Assembly: GCA_017654855.1 (NCBI GenBank)
Contig: CM030336.1
Span: forward strand, 3,596,001-3,660,000
Source: Podospora anserina
Taxonomy: Eukaryota
Length of the DNA stretch: 64,000 bases
Direction: 5' to 3'
The position numbers and the translations under genes are program-made. Below are positions 24,312 to 36,501 of this stretch, in pieces. The first letter of the stretch is position 1; every line of letters starts with the position of its first letter. The notes beneath the pieces are model-generated. The model made no database searches. It was given only the letters and a program-made list of their open reading frames with translations, and was not told the origin of the DNA.

Positions 24312-26028
24312 ATGGACACTGACGACGAGTTCATGTCTACTGTCTCTAGTGAGGATGATATGCTCCCGGATGACAGCGACAATGACATCTCTGGTGATGA
24401 TGGTGAGTAACCCGTCTTGCGCCTACTCTCCCGATTAAGCACTGACACACAGCCTTGCATAGACTTCGGATTCGACGACGAGCCAGATCCGGATCTCGGC
24501 ATCCAGCAAGACATAGGCCAGAATAAGAGAGCGCCTTACGATGTCAGCTTCAGGGTGTACGAGCCGCAGGACATACAACAGCAGCAAGACGTTCTAATCG
24601 ACGAAGTAAACATGATTTTGAACATCTCAAAAGAGGAATCAGCAATTCTATTGCGGCACTTCAGGTGGAACAAAGAGCGTCTCTTGGAGCAGTACATGGA
24701 CCACCGGGAGAAGGCTCTTGAGGCTGCTGGTCTCTCCCAAACGACATCGGCTCCACCAAAGCTGGAAGTGATACCCGGGTTCTGCTGCGATATCTGCTGC
24801 GAGGATGAGGAAGGCCTACAATCGTTTGCCTTGAAGTGCGGCCACCGCTTCTGCGTCGACTGTTACCGCCATTATCTGGGTCAAAAGATCCGAGAGGAAG
24901 GCGAGGCTGCGCGCATCCAGTGTCCTGCCGAGGGTTGTAACATCATCATCGATGCTAGATCATTGGACCTGCTCGTAACCGCCGAGCTGACGGAACGATA
25001 CCACAAACTGCTCAACCGCACCTATGTCGAAGACAAGGAAACGCTAAAGTGGTGTCCCGCCCCTGACTGCCAGAACGCCATCGAGTGTGGCATCAAGAAG
25101 AAGGACCTGACGAGGATCGTGCCCACGGTCGCTTGCTCGTGCAGCCATCGGTTTTGCTTTGGGTGCATCCTGAACGATCACCAACCTGCCCCTTGCGAGT
25201 TGGTAAAGAAGTGGCTCAAGAAATGTGCCGATGACAGCGAGACGGCGAATTGGATTTCGGCCAACACCAAGGAGTGTCCCAAATGCAATAGCACCATCGA
25301 AAAAAACGGAGGTTGCAACCACATGACGTGTCGTAAGTGCAAGCATGAGTTTTGTTGGATGTGCATGGGTCTGTGGTCGGAGCATGGGACGAGCTGGTAC
25401 AATTGCAACAGGTTTGAGGAAAAGAGCGGGACGGATGCCCGTGATGCCCAGGCCAAATCCAGGGTTTCTCTGGAGCGTTATCTCCATTACTACAACCGCT
25501 ACGCCAACCACGAACAGTCTGCCCGCCTGGACAAGGACCTTTTTGCGAAGACGGAGAAGAAGATGGTTCAGCTGCAAAAGGAATCGGGCATGTCGTGGAT
25601 CGAGGTTCAATATCTCAGCGCAGCCTCGATGGCACTGCAGACCTGCCGACAGACGCTCATGTGGACGTACGCTTTTGCCTTTTATCTTGCCAGGAACAAC
25701 TTGACAACGATTTTTGAGGACAATCAAAAGGACTTGGAGTTGGCGGTCGAGTCTCTTTCCGAGATGTTTGAGAAGCCCGTAACTGAGCTTGCGGATAGCA
25801 GGCTCAAGGTGGACATCATGGACAAGACATCCTACTGCAACAAGCGGCGGATCATCTTGCTTGACGACACGGCCCGGAATTTGTCAGAAGGTTTGTCTCG
25901 GCCCTACTTACCTACCTATGCCCGTCGCATAGTGTCAAAGTTAACAGCAATGTGTGTTAGGGAAATGGATCTTCAATGTGGAATTCAGCAATCCGACGCC
26001 AATCAGCGGGCCAAGCTCCCGTAAGTAG
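24312..26028 (+). CDS. HEL1: Ariadne-family RBR E3 ubiquitin ligase (ARIH1/Hel1-like); introns 24403-24462, 25891-25960
   Basis: Acidic N-terminus; RING1 CDICCED..CGHRFC; IBR KWCPAPDC; RING2 TKECPKCNSTIEKNGGCNHMTC; Ariadne domain LERYLHYYNRYANH. Confidence 0.95.
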
Positions 26029-27552
26029 GAGTCACCCGTGGAGATACCCAGAGAGTCACGCATGGAGACACCAGAGACACCAGAGAGGCCCGACAACTTT
26101 TGGCGCTTTTTTACGACGACTTTTGGGGCTTCTTCATTGCGATATCCGACGACGACTTTTCAGCACTTTGTGATTGAGTGGATGAGAATCTAGACCAGAC
26201 CCGGCATTCAGTATGGCCGTGCGCTACTCTTGCTGCCTTTACTTCGCAATTCTGTTTTTTGTTCCTTTCAGCGGCTCGTGGTGGCGTAGCCTAGGTGGGC
26301 GGTATGGGCTTTTACGGGGCTTCGGGGTTTATTAGTGTTTGCCTTCAGCGTCGGACGATATCTTTTTGACCATGCGTGAGTCATTGAGAACGGTCTTTTT
26401 GGCGGGCATGGGTTAGGAACACATTGGTGGGAGTTTAACATTGCTTTGGGAAGGGAGCTAGGTCTCAAGCTTTCTTGTCTGTTTTGGTATTAGAGAGAAG
26501 GGGTAATGCGCATTATCGGGAAACATGGAGGAAAGGGGGAGGGGGAAATCATTATATGGACTTTTTAGTTATCGGCTCTTATTTGGTTGACTCCCTTTTT
26601 ACTTATGAAGAAATTCAAGCGACGAGCTATAGCCATAGAATCAAGGCTCAAGGTCGAGCGAGACGATTAGTATATTTTAACACATCACTTCTCTAAAAGT
26701 CGTCATGCGGACGTGGTGGCCGGTCGTCGTGATTGTGCCCCGCCTTGTGATGTCTTTTTGTCTTGGCTTGGTTCCCGTGGATGGCAGTTCGTGTGGGGTA
26801 GAAGTGGCCCCGGAGGCTGAACCGGCATTTAGCATCTGGGGTTTGGGATGGAAGGGATCCACAGCGCCGAGTTTCGGTCCATTTTTTTAGGTGATGCGCC
26901 GGGGAGCTGGTGAGACTGTTCGTTTTGTCTAGAAGAGCATATAGATAATAAAAGGGAGCATATGCTCAAAGTGATTAGAGTTCCGAAGACCGAGAGTATA
27001 GCTACGTGAGAGAGCATAGATTGAAACAGCCAGGCGGCCTTAAACAATTACCCGCAGCTGCATATATATGCAACCTTGATGAACCACCCACCACCCCCGC
27101 GTAAAGACTTTGGCCGACGGTTTCCGGGTCAGGGTCAATTCTCAACCCTCTGCCGAACAGCCTTTCCGAGGGGCGGAGACATGCCGGGGAAGCAGGGACC
27201 ACGGCTACTGGCGTCGGCCATTGACGGGATTCGTGGGTAATGAACCCATTCGTTGGAAGTTCGCGCGCACGAAGGAAATGGGCCCGCGGCTCTCCGATGA
27301 CTTGAGTTTACGTAGGCGCTTGTAGTAGGCTATGTTTTCTTTTGAGTCGTTAATTTTCCCATTTTCTCTTTTTTTTTCTCTCCTCTCTCCATCTTCATAT
27401 CCTGAGTTTTGGGTTACAAAGTTATAACAGTTACTCCTCCCCCACATCTTGTGACTGTTGTACCTCAACCGCTTGTGGCTTTTATCCCACATTATACCCG
27501 CTCTCTCTTAACTCCGAACTCACACTCTCATCGTAAAGTGAAAGCCGTCAAG

Positions 27553-29235
27553 ATGCCTTCCACCGCTCTGCGCATGAAGACCCTCAGGGCCTACGCCAAA
27601 TATGGCCAGAACGTGAGTAGTAAAGTAGAATAGCTCATCACTCATGTTACTCACGCAAAACCCCCCAGTACGGCGCCCTCTTCACCCGCGCCTTCTCCCT
27701 CACCCCCCGCCGCTACGAGATCAACAAGATCTACCCCTCAGCCGCCGAAGCAATCAAGGACATGAAGCCCAACTCGACCCTCCTCTGCGGCGGCTTCGGC
27801 CTCTGCGGCGTCCCCGACACCCTCATCAACGAAGTCCACAACCGCCCCGACCTCACCGGCCTCACCGCCGTCTCCAACAATGCCGGCACCGACACCTCGG
27901 GTCTCGGCAAGCTCCTCAAGACGAAGCAAGTCAAAAAGATGATCGCCTCGTACATTGGCGAGAACAAGACGTTTGAAAAGATGTACCTCACCGGCGAGAT
28001 CGAGCTCGAGCTCACACCCCAGGGCACCCTCGCCGAGCGTTGCGCCGCCGGCGGGAAGGGTATCCCCGCCTTTTACACCCCCGCTGCTTTTGGCACGGTG
28101 GTTCAGACGGGTGAGTTGCCTCTGAGGAATAAACCCGACGGTACACCGGATGAGTTTTCTTATCCGAAGGATGTGAAGGTTTTTAACGGCAAGAGCTACT
28201 TGCTTGAGCATGCGATTGCGGGTGATGTTGCTTTTGTCAAGGCGTACAAGGCGGACAGGCTGGGGAACTGCCAGTTTAGGCTGGCGGCTAACAACTTCAA
28301 CGGGGCGATGGGGAGGAACGCAAAGATGACGATTGTGGAGGCGGAGAATATTGTTGAGCCGGGGGAGATTGCGCCTGAGGCGGTGCATTTGCCTGGGATT
28401 TATGTCCAGAGGGTGGTTCAGTCTACTGCGGAGAAGGGGATTGAGAAGTACACGTGGGCCAAGGACCCCAACGAGGAGGCTGACCCCAAGGCTGCTGCTG
28501 CGTTGGGTAGCGGTGAGACGAGGGCGAAGAGGGAGATGATTGTTAAGAGAGCTGCCAAGGAGTTCAAGAATGGCATGTATGCCAACCTTGGTATTGGCAT
28601 GCCTATGCTTGCTCCGGGTTTTGTGGGTGAGGATGTGGAGGTTATGCTCCAGAGCGAGAATGGTATTCTTGGTCTTGGCCCTTACCCACGAAAGGGCGAG
28701 GAGGACGCCGATCTTATCAACGCCGGCAAGGAGACTGTCACCCTCCGCCCCGGCGCCTCTGTCTTCGGCTCTGAGGAGTCTTTCGGTATGATCAGAGCTG
28801 GCCGTATCAACCTCACCATTCTTGGTGCTATGCAGGTCAGCGCCAGCGGTGACCTCGCCAACTGGATGTTGCCCGGCAAGGTCAAGGGCTTCGGTGGTGC
28901 CATGGACTTGGTTTCCAACCCCGAGAAGACCAAGGTCGTCGTCACCATGGAGCACACCGACAAGAAGGGCAACCCCAAGATTGTCAAGCAGTGCGCCTTC
29001 CCCTTGACCGGCAAGGCTTGCGTCAGCCGTATCATCACTGAGCTTGTAAGTTTTTCATCACACCCCCCCCCTTAACTTACTGGATCCTAACAGTGTCCAA
29101 CAGGGTGTCTTCGACGTCGACTTCGCCCACGGCCTCACCCTCATCGAGATCGCCCCCGGCGTCACCGTCGAGGAGATCAAGGCCAAGACCGAGGCACCCT
29201 TCCACGTTGCCGAAGACCTCAAGCCCATGCTCTAA
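27553..29235 (+). CDS. Succinyl-CoA:3-ketoacid CoA transferase (SCOT), mitochondrial; introns 27613-27668, 29046-29103
   Basis: [34 protein letters not shown], catalytic [16 protein letters not shown]; basic presequence-like first exon. Confidence 0.95.
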
Positions 29236-29575
29236 GTCTGAGGATCGGATGAGAGAGAACAGTAGAGAAGAGCAGATTTCCTTAACAGGTTTTGGGAAGG
29301 TGGTCGTTATGGGTTGGTTGGCTTGGGTAACCGAAAAGATTGAATGGGAATATGTGTATATATATAATGCTGTATGTGTACATTAGGCATGGTTTTGGCT
29401 TGTCTTTTTTTAGGATCAAAAAATAGCAGGCCTTTTGGTTATCATTTTCTTTTCTTGCAAAATGTGGTAAAATCAAGGCTTTTGAGCGCCTCATCTCTTA
29501 TTCCGCGGCAAACAAACAACATCTGTATCATATGACACCGCCCCCCCCCCCTGGAGAACTTCATTTGGGAACAGC

Positions 29576-30196
29576 TCAAGCCTTACCCAACACATTCTCC
29601 GCCAAACTAACACTGGTACCCGTGTTATCCGGCTCAACAGCCACACTCTTCACCTTGCCGCCCTCAACAATAATCGTAAACCTCTTCGACCGCTCATTTC
29701 CAAAAATAGCCTTTCCATCCCACAACATATCAAGCGCCTTGGTGAACTCGCCAGACGGATCAGCCAGGAAGCGCACCTATCATTCTTGTTAGCTCTTATA
29801 GGTCTCTTTTATTTATCTGTTATCACGTACGTTCTCCTTCCCCTCGGGATTCAACACATCCCCCCAAGCCTTCATCACAAAAACATCATTCACGCTCACC
29901 ACCGCCACCTGGTCATACTCCTCCGCCTTGGGGTGGGCCAGAAACCCAGGCACATGCGTCGCCGAGCAGGCTGGCGAGAACGCGGCGGGGACACCGATGA
30001 GGATCATCTTGTTGAGCTTGGAGGCTTCATCGGCGAGGTTGACCTTGTTGCCGGGGGAGGACTCGTGGAGGATGGCGCCGACGTCGGGGAGGGGCTGGCC
30101 CGGCTTGATGAACCGGGTCGTGGTGGTAGAGAAAGCTCTAAGGGGGGTGGTAGCGGGGCGGAGGGCCGCGCGGGCGAGGGGGCGGAGGAGGGACAT
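29576..30196 (-). CDS. Type II peroxiredoxin (Prx5/Ahp1-like), probably mitochondrial; intron 29830-29777
   Basis: GVPAAFSPACSATHVPGF, VSVNDVFVMKAW, RFLADPSGEF, RSKRF; Arg-rich presequence MSLLRPLARAALRP. Confidence 0.92.
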
Positions 30197-30591
30197 CCTT
30201 GTGGTGATATTCAGTTGGAATTGGTGAGGTTTGTTTGGGGAAAGACTGGACCTGACCTTGGGGAGAGACAAGGTGCAATATGTACGGAGATTGGAACAGG
30301 CGGGAGAATATCGCTGTAACCGAGCGCGGAGTGGTAGACGTCGGGTCAGTTGGAATTGGCGAGAGCAACTGGCGGGCGGGGGAGGGAGCTTTAGACGAAT
30401 GACATCACCAGCCCCTTGTCAGAATACAAGGGTTGAAGGGAGCTTGGGCCATCCCGTGGGAGCACTTTCGGTTCTCAGGGTTACGGATACATCTCGACCA
30501 GATCAGTTCACCTTCAACCCTGGCCTTTTTCTAGGTACAAACACCTGCACGGAGGGTCCTCAAAGACTGCAAAGACACAATATCAAGCAAG

Positions 30592-31008
30592 ATGGCCTCC
30601 CGCGCCATGTGGTACGTCGTCGGGACCAAGAAATCACCCCACGGCACCCTCTACATGCACTGCAATGTCAAGCCAGGAGCCAGCAAGAACCGCGAGGGTG
30701 TAGCTTCGGTGGGCGAAGATGCAGTGGAGATATGTGTAGCTGCACAAGCGAGAGAGGGAGAGGCCAATAAAGCAGTCATCAAGGTTCTCAGCGAGGTACT
30801 TCTGCGCCGAAAAGATAATCTGTTCGGATTGTTTCTGACACTGGCTTGACAGGTTCTTGACCTTCCCAAGTCCAACCTGGAAATTACCCAGGGCCATAAA
30901 TCGAGAAATAAGACTGTCGCCGTGATTGGGCCGTGGGTCAACTCTGGCGAGGAGGAGTGTCTCAAGCGGGTCAAGGATTATCTCGACAAGGCTGTGGAAG
31001 CGTCCTGA
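30592..31008 (+). CDS. DUF167/UPF0235 (YggU-like) protein; intron 30796-30852
   Basis: [54 protein letters not shown] is the YggU pattern. Confidence 0.88.
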
Positions 31009-31166
31009 CGGTCCGGATTTAGCATTGCTCCGCAACACTTGTCCAGCGACGTCGAATAAGGCCCGAATGTTGGCACACGCTATTACCGCAGAGGCGCATC
31101 CGTCTGACCGTTTCCACGCCATAGACACAAGCATAAGCCCTTCCCGGCCTTTTGATCCGCCAAGCG

Positions 31167-31893
31167 TCATCTTACGCCACGGCCCCGACCTCGGGCAGTA
31201 CTACTTGTTCCCCTTGTTCCTCGAGTACTACTACTTGCGCCACGCGCACCCCCTCTTGTCGTTCCTCCCCTCGTTGACGATGTTGTCCCCCTAACTGAGG
31301 GCGGTGGTACTCGGGATGCGCGACCTGTTGCAGAGTATTTCGGGGCTGGCTTCTTGACGCTCGCTGGTTCGGCGAATGATGTATCGGTTGTCCTAGACCC
31401 AAGTTAGCTGTCTGACATCTGCCATCTGATGTCTAGATACCCACATAAAAGTAGGGTCCCCATCAAAGCCATCACTTGATTGCTGCTGCTGTTGCTGCTC
31501 TTGTAACTGTTGTTCCTGCTCCCGCGCCCTCATCCTCCTGAAACTCTCCGCCATTGGCCCCTCTGGAAAGTCTACGCAGAAAGCATTCATGTTGAGCCCG
31601 TAGAGGAAACTGGCAAAACTCTCGCTAAAGCGCGCCAACGACTCGTGCATCAGCTGGAAGTGCATCATGTTCGCCTCGAGGTCGGCCATGGCATCGGAAA
31701 GCTCCGCAAAGGCGGGCTCGAATGCGTTGAGCGGGAAGGACGCATTATCGCCCTGGACACTAGATCGGGCTGATTCGCGAAACGAGGAGCGAGAGGAGGG
31801 TCGGAGAGGGGTTGTTGGTCTGCTTCGTGATGTTGAACGGGGGCGCCGTTCTCTGTTGCCGTGTCTGTCTCTTTCCCTCTCGTCGGACGGCAT
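31167..31893 (-). CDS. DAM1: DASH complex subunit Dam1; intron 31444-31393
   Basis: RPTTPLRPSSRSS, FAELSDAMADLEANMMHFQLMHESLARFSESFASFLYGLNMNAFCVDFPEGP; spliced tail TFMTTDTSF..RGRGRGVR*. Confidence 0.93.
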
Positions 31894-32768
31894 GGTGACG
31901 GGTGGTGTTTACTTTGTTTTGTTTGAATTTGGACTTTGATGCCCGAATGCAAGCGGGGCTAGCTAGCAATGGGACGCGATGACGCGCTGGCGCTGGCCTT
32001 GTCAATTTGGTGCCCCGCCATCACTCAAAAATGCGACACGTGCCACCTACGGCTAGAAGCGCTAAAACAGGCTGAGGCAGCGGGATGGCGGGGTTCAAGA
32101 GATGGAGATGTTCATGCAGGACAGGTTGGATATCTCGGAGGCACCGGCAAGACAGAGATGAGCTTTAGAAGACGGGAATTTCCCCTTTGATCCAAGCGGC
32201 GCGGCGGGCACCCAAAACTCTCCGGAAACCCGGTTCTTGAATCCAGGAGTATTGCCCTGTTCCTGCTGGTTGGGATTCCTGCAGTGCCCAGTTCCAATTT
32301 TCCAGGGGAGGCCCGAGGACCGGGTTTCCGTTGCTCGATATCGATGTCGTCGTACCCCGCTGCCAATTGATGGCCCGTTTTCTTGCAAATTCCATACCGG
32401 CTTCCGCTCCGCTTCGTCCATCTTTGCCGTCTCTTCAACCCTTCCGTGTCCTGTGTCCGTCTCTCTTCCTTCCGGTCACCTCACTCCGAAATCACCTAGG
32501 ATACCTCTGGAGTTTAGATGCCGGTGTAGGTAGTGTCACCTTTCAACGTAGGTACGTAACCACCCGCTGCGCCTCCACTTGTATCTACGATCTATCCTGC
32601 ATTTAATGTCATTTTTTTATTTGCGCCCTGAGAGCTGACACGGCACGTCCGGGATAGCCAGGTCTCCTTCGCAAATCATTGTTCGGCCGTTTTCCGAGTT
32701 TGCTTGGCCTTGTTGGGTCTCTCCTGTTCAGCCGTGATCAGAGTGTGATCAAACCACCTGCTCGCCTT

Positions 32769-34713
32769 ATGCAGACCTCGCTGCTTTTTAGTGTCTCGCG
32801 GTCTGCTTCCTCCCGTATATTGTTATTCACGTCAAAAAAGGGTTTCGGTGTTTCTTCCGCGCATCGTTACATACGATTTAACCAGGTCAACTCTTCAACG
32901 TCATCATCGCTCACCTCACTCAAACGTGACCTCAGAAGCTCACCCAAGACTGAAAACTCACCTCTAGTCCAGCGGCAGTTTCAGCAAAGGCAACCTCTCC
33001 AGAGCTCCGCTTCAGCACTTTTACTCGCTGCCCTTACCGTTGGCTTAGTATACTCAGCTTACTACTCCTACCACAAAACCTCACCCAAACCCACCTCTCA
33101 CTCTGAACCTCCTCAAGACATCACCCCCGAAGACCTCACAGCCATGACCTCCGAACTCGCCGCCGGCCGCCCAGGCAACCTCACTTCGGAGCAGGAAGAG
33201 AAGCTCCGCCAGCTCTGGAAACTCATCTTCCAAGTGTGCCGCGTAGGCGAAGAAAACCAAGCTCCTGCTGCCAACGTCCCTCAGACAACAACCACTATTT
33301 CCGCTCCCCCAGCAGAGGAAGAAAAGAAAAAGTCCCGTATGACCTCCCTTTGGTCCCGCTCCAGCAAGGCCAACAAATCGGAATCTGACGCCGCGTCCAC
33401 GACTTCTTCTACCGCCCCAACCACCGCCGCCGACGGCGCCCCTGTCACCATCCAGCTCTCCCTCGGATCAAAGGATGGGGAGGCAGACAAGTACGGGCAA
33501 ACAAAGCACTTTTACGAAACGCTCCAATCCTACCCCCCCTCCGCAATTAGGGATACCATCTGGAGCATGGTCAAGCACGACCACCCTGATGCTTTGGTTT
33601 TGCGATTTCTCCGCGCTCGTAAGTGGGATGTGGAAAAGGCGTTGATTATGCTTGTGTCGACGATGGCGTGGAGGGCGAAGGAGATGGATGTGGATGGAGA
33701 TATCATGAAGAATGGGGAGCTGGAGGCGGTGGAGAAGAATGATGGGATCAGCAAGGACTTTTTGGCGCAGATAAGGAAGGGGATCAGTTATGTTCACGGA
33801 TGTGACAAGCAGGGGAGGCCGTTGTGTTTTGTGAATGTGAGGTTGCACAAGGCGGGGGAGCAGAGCGAGGAGAGTCTGGAGAGGTATACGGTGTATTTGA
33901 TTGAGACTTGTCGGATGCTGTTGAGGGGGGGGGTTGATACGGCGGTGAGTTTTATTCGCAAGTTGGAAACAAGGGGGATGGGATTTAAAGGTGGTGGTGG
34001 TGGGTTGCATGCTGACGATGAAGGGGACCAGACGATTGTTTTTGACATGACGGGATTCTCGATGGCGAATATGGACTATACGCCTGTCAAGTTTATGATT
34101 AAGTGCTTTGAGGCTAATTATCCGGAGTGTTTGGGGACTGTGCTGGTTCACAAGGCTCCGTGGATTTTTCAGGGTATGTCTTTTTTTTTAACGATCCTCC
34201 TCTTTTATCGGTTGATACTTACGAAAAATAGGCATCTGGAAAGTCATCCGCGGCTGGCTCGACCCCGTCGTCGCCAACAAGGTGCACTTTACCAATAACG
34301 CCACCGAGATGCAAGAGTACATTCCCCTCAAGCACATCCCCAAGGACCTTGACGGGCAGGAGGACTGGTCCTACAAGTATGTCGAGCCGGTGCCGGGTGA
34401 GAACGACAAGATGAAGGATACTGCCACGAGAGATGAGCTGTTGAGGCAGAGGGCGGAGCTTTACAAGCAATATGAGGAGGCTACGATGGAGTGGATCAAG
34501 ACTGCGGATGCGGGGGTGAAGAAGAGGAGGGAAGAGATTGCGGACAAGATGAGGGAGGATTACTGGAGGGTTGATCCGTATATTCGGGCGAGGAGTTATT
34601 ATGACCGCACGGGGGTGCTGTTGCCGGGTGGTGAGGTGGATTGGTATCCGGGGGAGAAGAAGAATGGGGAGGTCAAGAAGGAGGCGGTCACTTCGCCGGA
34701 TGATTTGGATTAG
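32769..34713 (+). CDS. CSR1: CRAL-TRIO/Sec14-family phosphatidylinositol transfer protein Csr1-like; conserved start at 33144 and an upstream in-frame ATG at 32769; introns 33945-34031, 34174-34231
   Basis: GRPGNLTSEQEEKLRQLW, VKHDHPDALVLRFLRARKWDV, IVFDMTGFSMANMDYTPVKFMIKCFEANYPECLG, YWRVDPYIRARSYYDRTG. Confidence 0.92.
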
Positions 34714-36501
34714 GGGGCTAGACGGCGACTGCTGGTGAGGAAGATGAGGAGGGGGAGGGAGGGGTGGAGGAGTTGTGTATAAGACAGATGATAGATCCTA
34801 ATTACTGAGTTGTTGTGTATAGAGCAGGTATGTTTTCATCTTGGGAGAATGGCTAGGCAGTATATTACTTCCCTGCCAACAAGAACAAAAGTTTTAATCC
34901 TCATGTTTGTGTGGATCATGCCAAATTAGGAAGTTCGCTCGGGTAAGGTGTTTGACTCAAGGCCGGAGAAGGAGATTACATTAGTGGCTGGGTAGGGTCG
35001 GCTGCGCACTCGCTGTCTAGCTTAACCTATCAATGGGTGGGCGCGGGTGGCGGCTTATTAAAAGTAAAAAAAACACACGCTAGATGGAGTCTGAGGTCTC
35101 AGGGAGGGGAAGGCTTATTGAAGTCGTCCGACGCCCGGTGAGCTTTTGTGCTCTGGCATTCTTGCTGGCTTTCATGATGTTGTAGTGATTATTTAGTTTA
35201 GTGGGCAGCGGTGAGTTGCTGTCCAAGCATGCATTGCCGTGGTGAGAGACACAGCCCTGCGTTGCCGGATGTTGCGAGTACGATCGGAGGGCAGTGTTCA
35301 GGAAGATCTTTGTGGTTATGAGCTCTGCCAGATAAGAAAGGGGTGTAGGCTGGGGGAAACGATGCTTTGTATATCCCAGACAGGCCATGATGTTCATACC
35401 ACTTATAGCCATTTAAATCGTAAATTACATAAAGCTCTGGCATTTGAGGGCTGGCTTGCTGCTTCTACATGCCCGGTTTGTTGAGTCCCCCGCCAATAAC
35501 GGCTGGTCAGTCTAAGGCGCCGGGTTTAGGCCGGAGTTCTTAGCTATGTGTATTTAAAGACCTCTTCTTCGTGTGCGATCGGTAACATACTGTAACATAC
35601 TGGAATTCAGTAACACACCCCGAGCCTAAGGTTGTCCCGACACGATCACACGCTTTTCGTGTCCTATATTGGAGTAACCAGAAAGACACTGTCTTTTATC
35701 GTAGCACTTTGCCGCAACGGCAGGTTGGGTTGTTTACAGTCCCCATCACATCGTGGCAACCAACGAGCTCAATGTCACCAGCATGAGTGGTTATGCTATC
35801 CTAAAAACAGAGGTCTTGGGGACCATTTTCGATTTATCTGAGCTTATTCGGTGAGTGATTCAGATAGCAGCCTGCCATCCACGAACGTCTTGGCCGGCAG
35901 CAGGCTAAGACACAGTCCTCAGAGTGAGGCTGCAAAAAGATGGCGTTTCATCACACCACCCTCGACGATAGTGTGTCTTTCGAGGTTGATATGCATACTG
36001 CCGTGAGAAGAAGCGGGGCAGGCACCCGGTTGATTGGACTTGTATGCTTTTGATGATGCTGTGCAGCAGCGCCATAACATGTGTTATTAAGACATATGTA
36101 GTTCTGGGCGGTAGAGTGCATGCAAGTGCAGATAACCCACGTATGGTTGTCCAATCGAGCCTGTGGAGTTCTTCGCCGGCGGGATGCCCAGCATGCTCCG
36201 GAGCTTGGTGGCGGCCGTGCAATGTGGCCGCGAGCCTTGCCATGGTGAGAAAAAGCTAGGTTGGGCGACAAGGCTCTGAGAAGGCGTCCGACAGTGGAGG
36301 TAAAAGGTTGCATTGGGTGTAGAACAATGGTGGGCGGTCTATATCTGCGCGGGGGGAGGAGGATGTTCTGGGTAGGGTATAATAACGTGAGTTCCCATTT
36401 GAGTGGGTTGGGAAGATCAAGAATGCCTCGCCATTCTTCCCGTTCTCTCACTCCAAGTGCCTTACATTGTTAAGCTTACCCGGTATCTAGTTTCCACAAA
36501 G

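Noticed and set aside
27738-28955. Long antisense ORFs (also 17443-18636, 53747-54925, 9179-9883, 9884-10525, 25044-25727)
   Set aside because: These are shadows of strongly codon-biased genes on the opposite strand, with no independent protein motifs.
32223-32330. 12-bp inverted repeat CGGAAACCCGGT / ACCGGGTTTCCG in the DAM1-CSR1 intergenic region
   Set aside because: It is too short, with no target-site duplication or second copy to support a MITE; it could be chance or a TF site.
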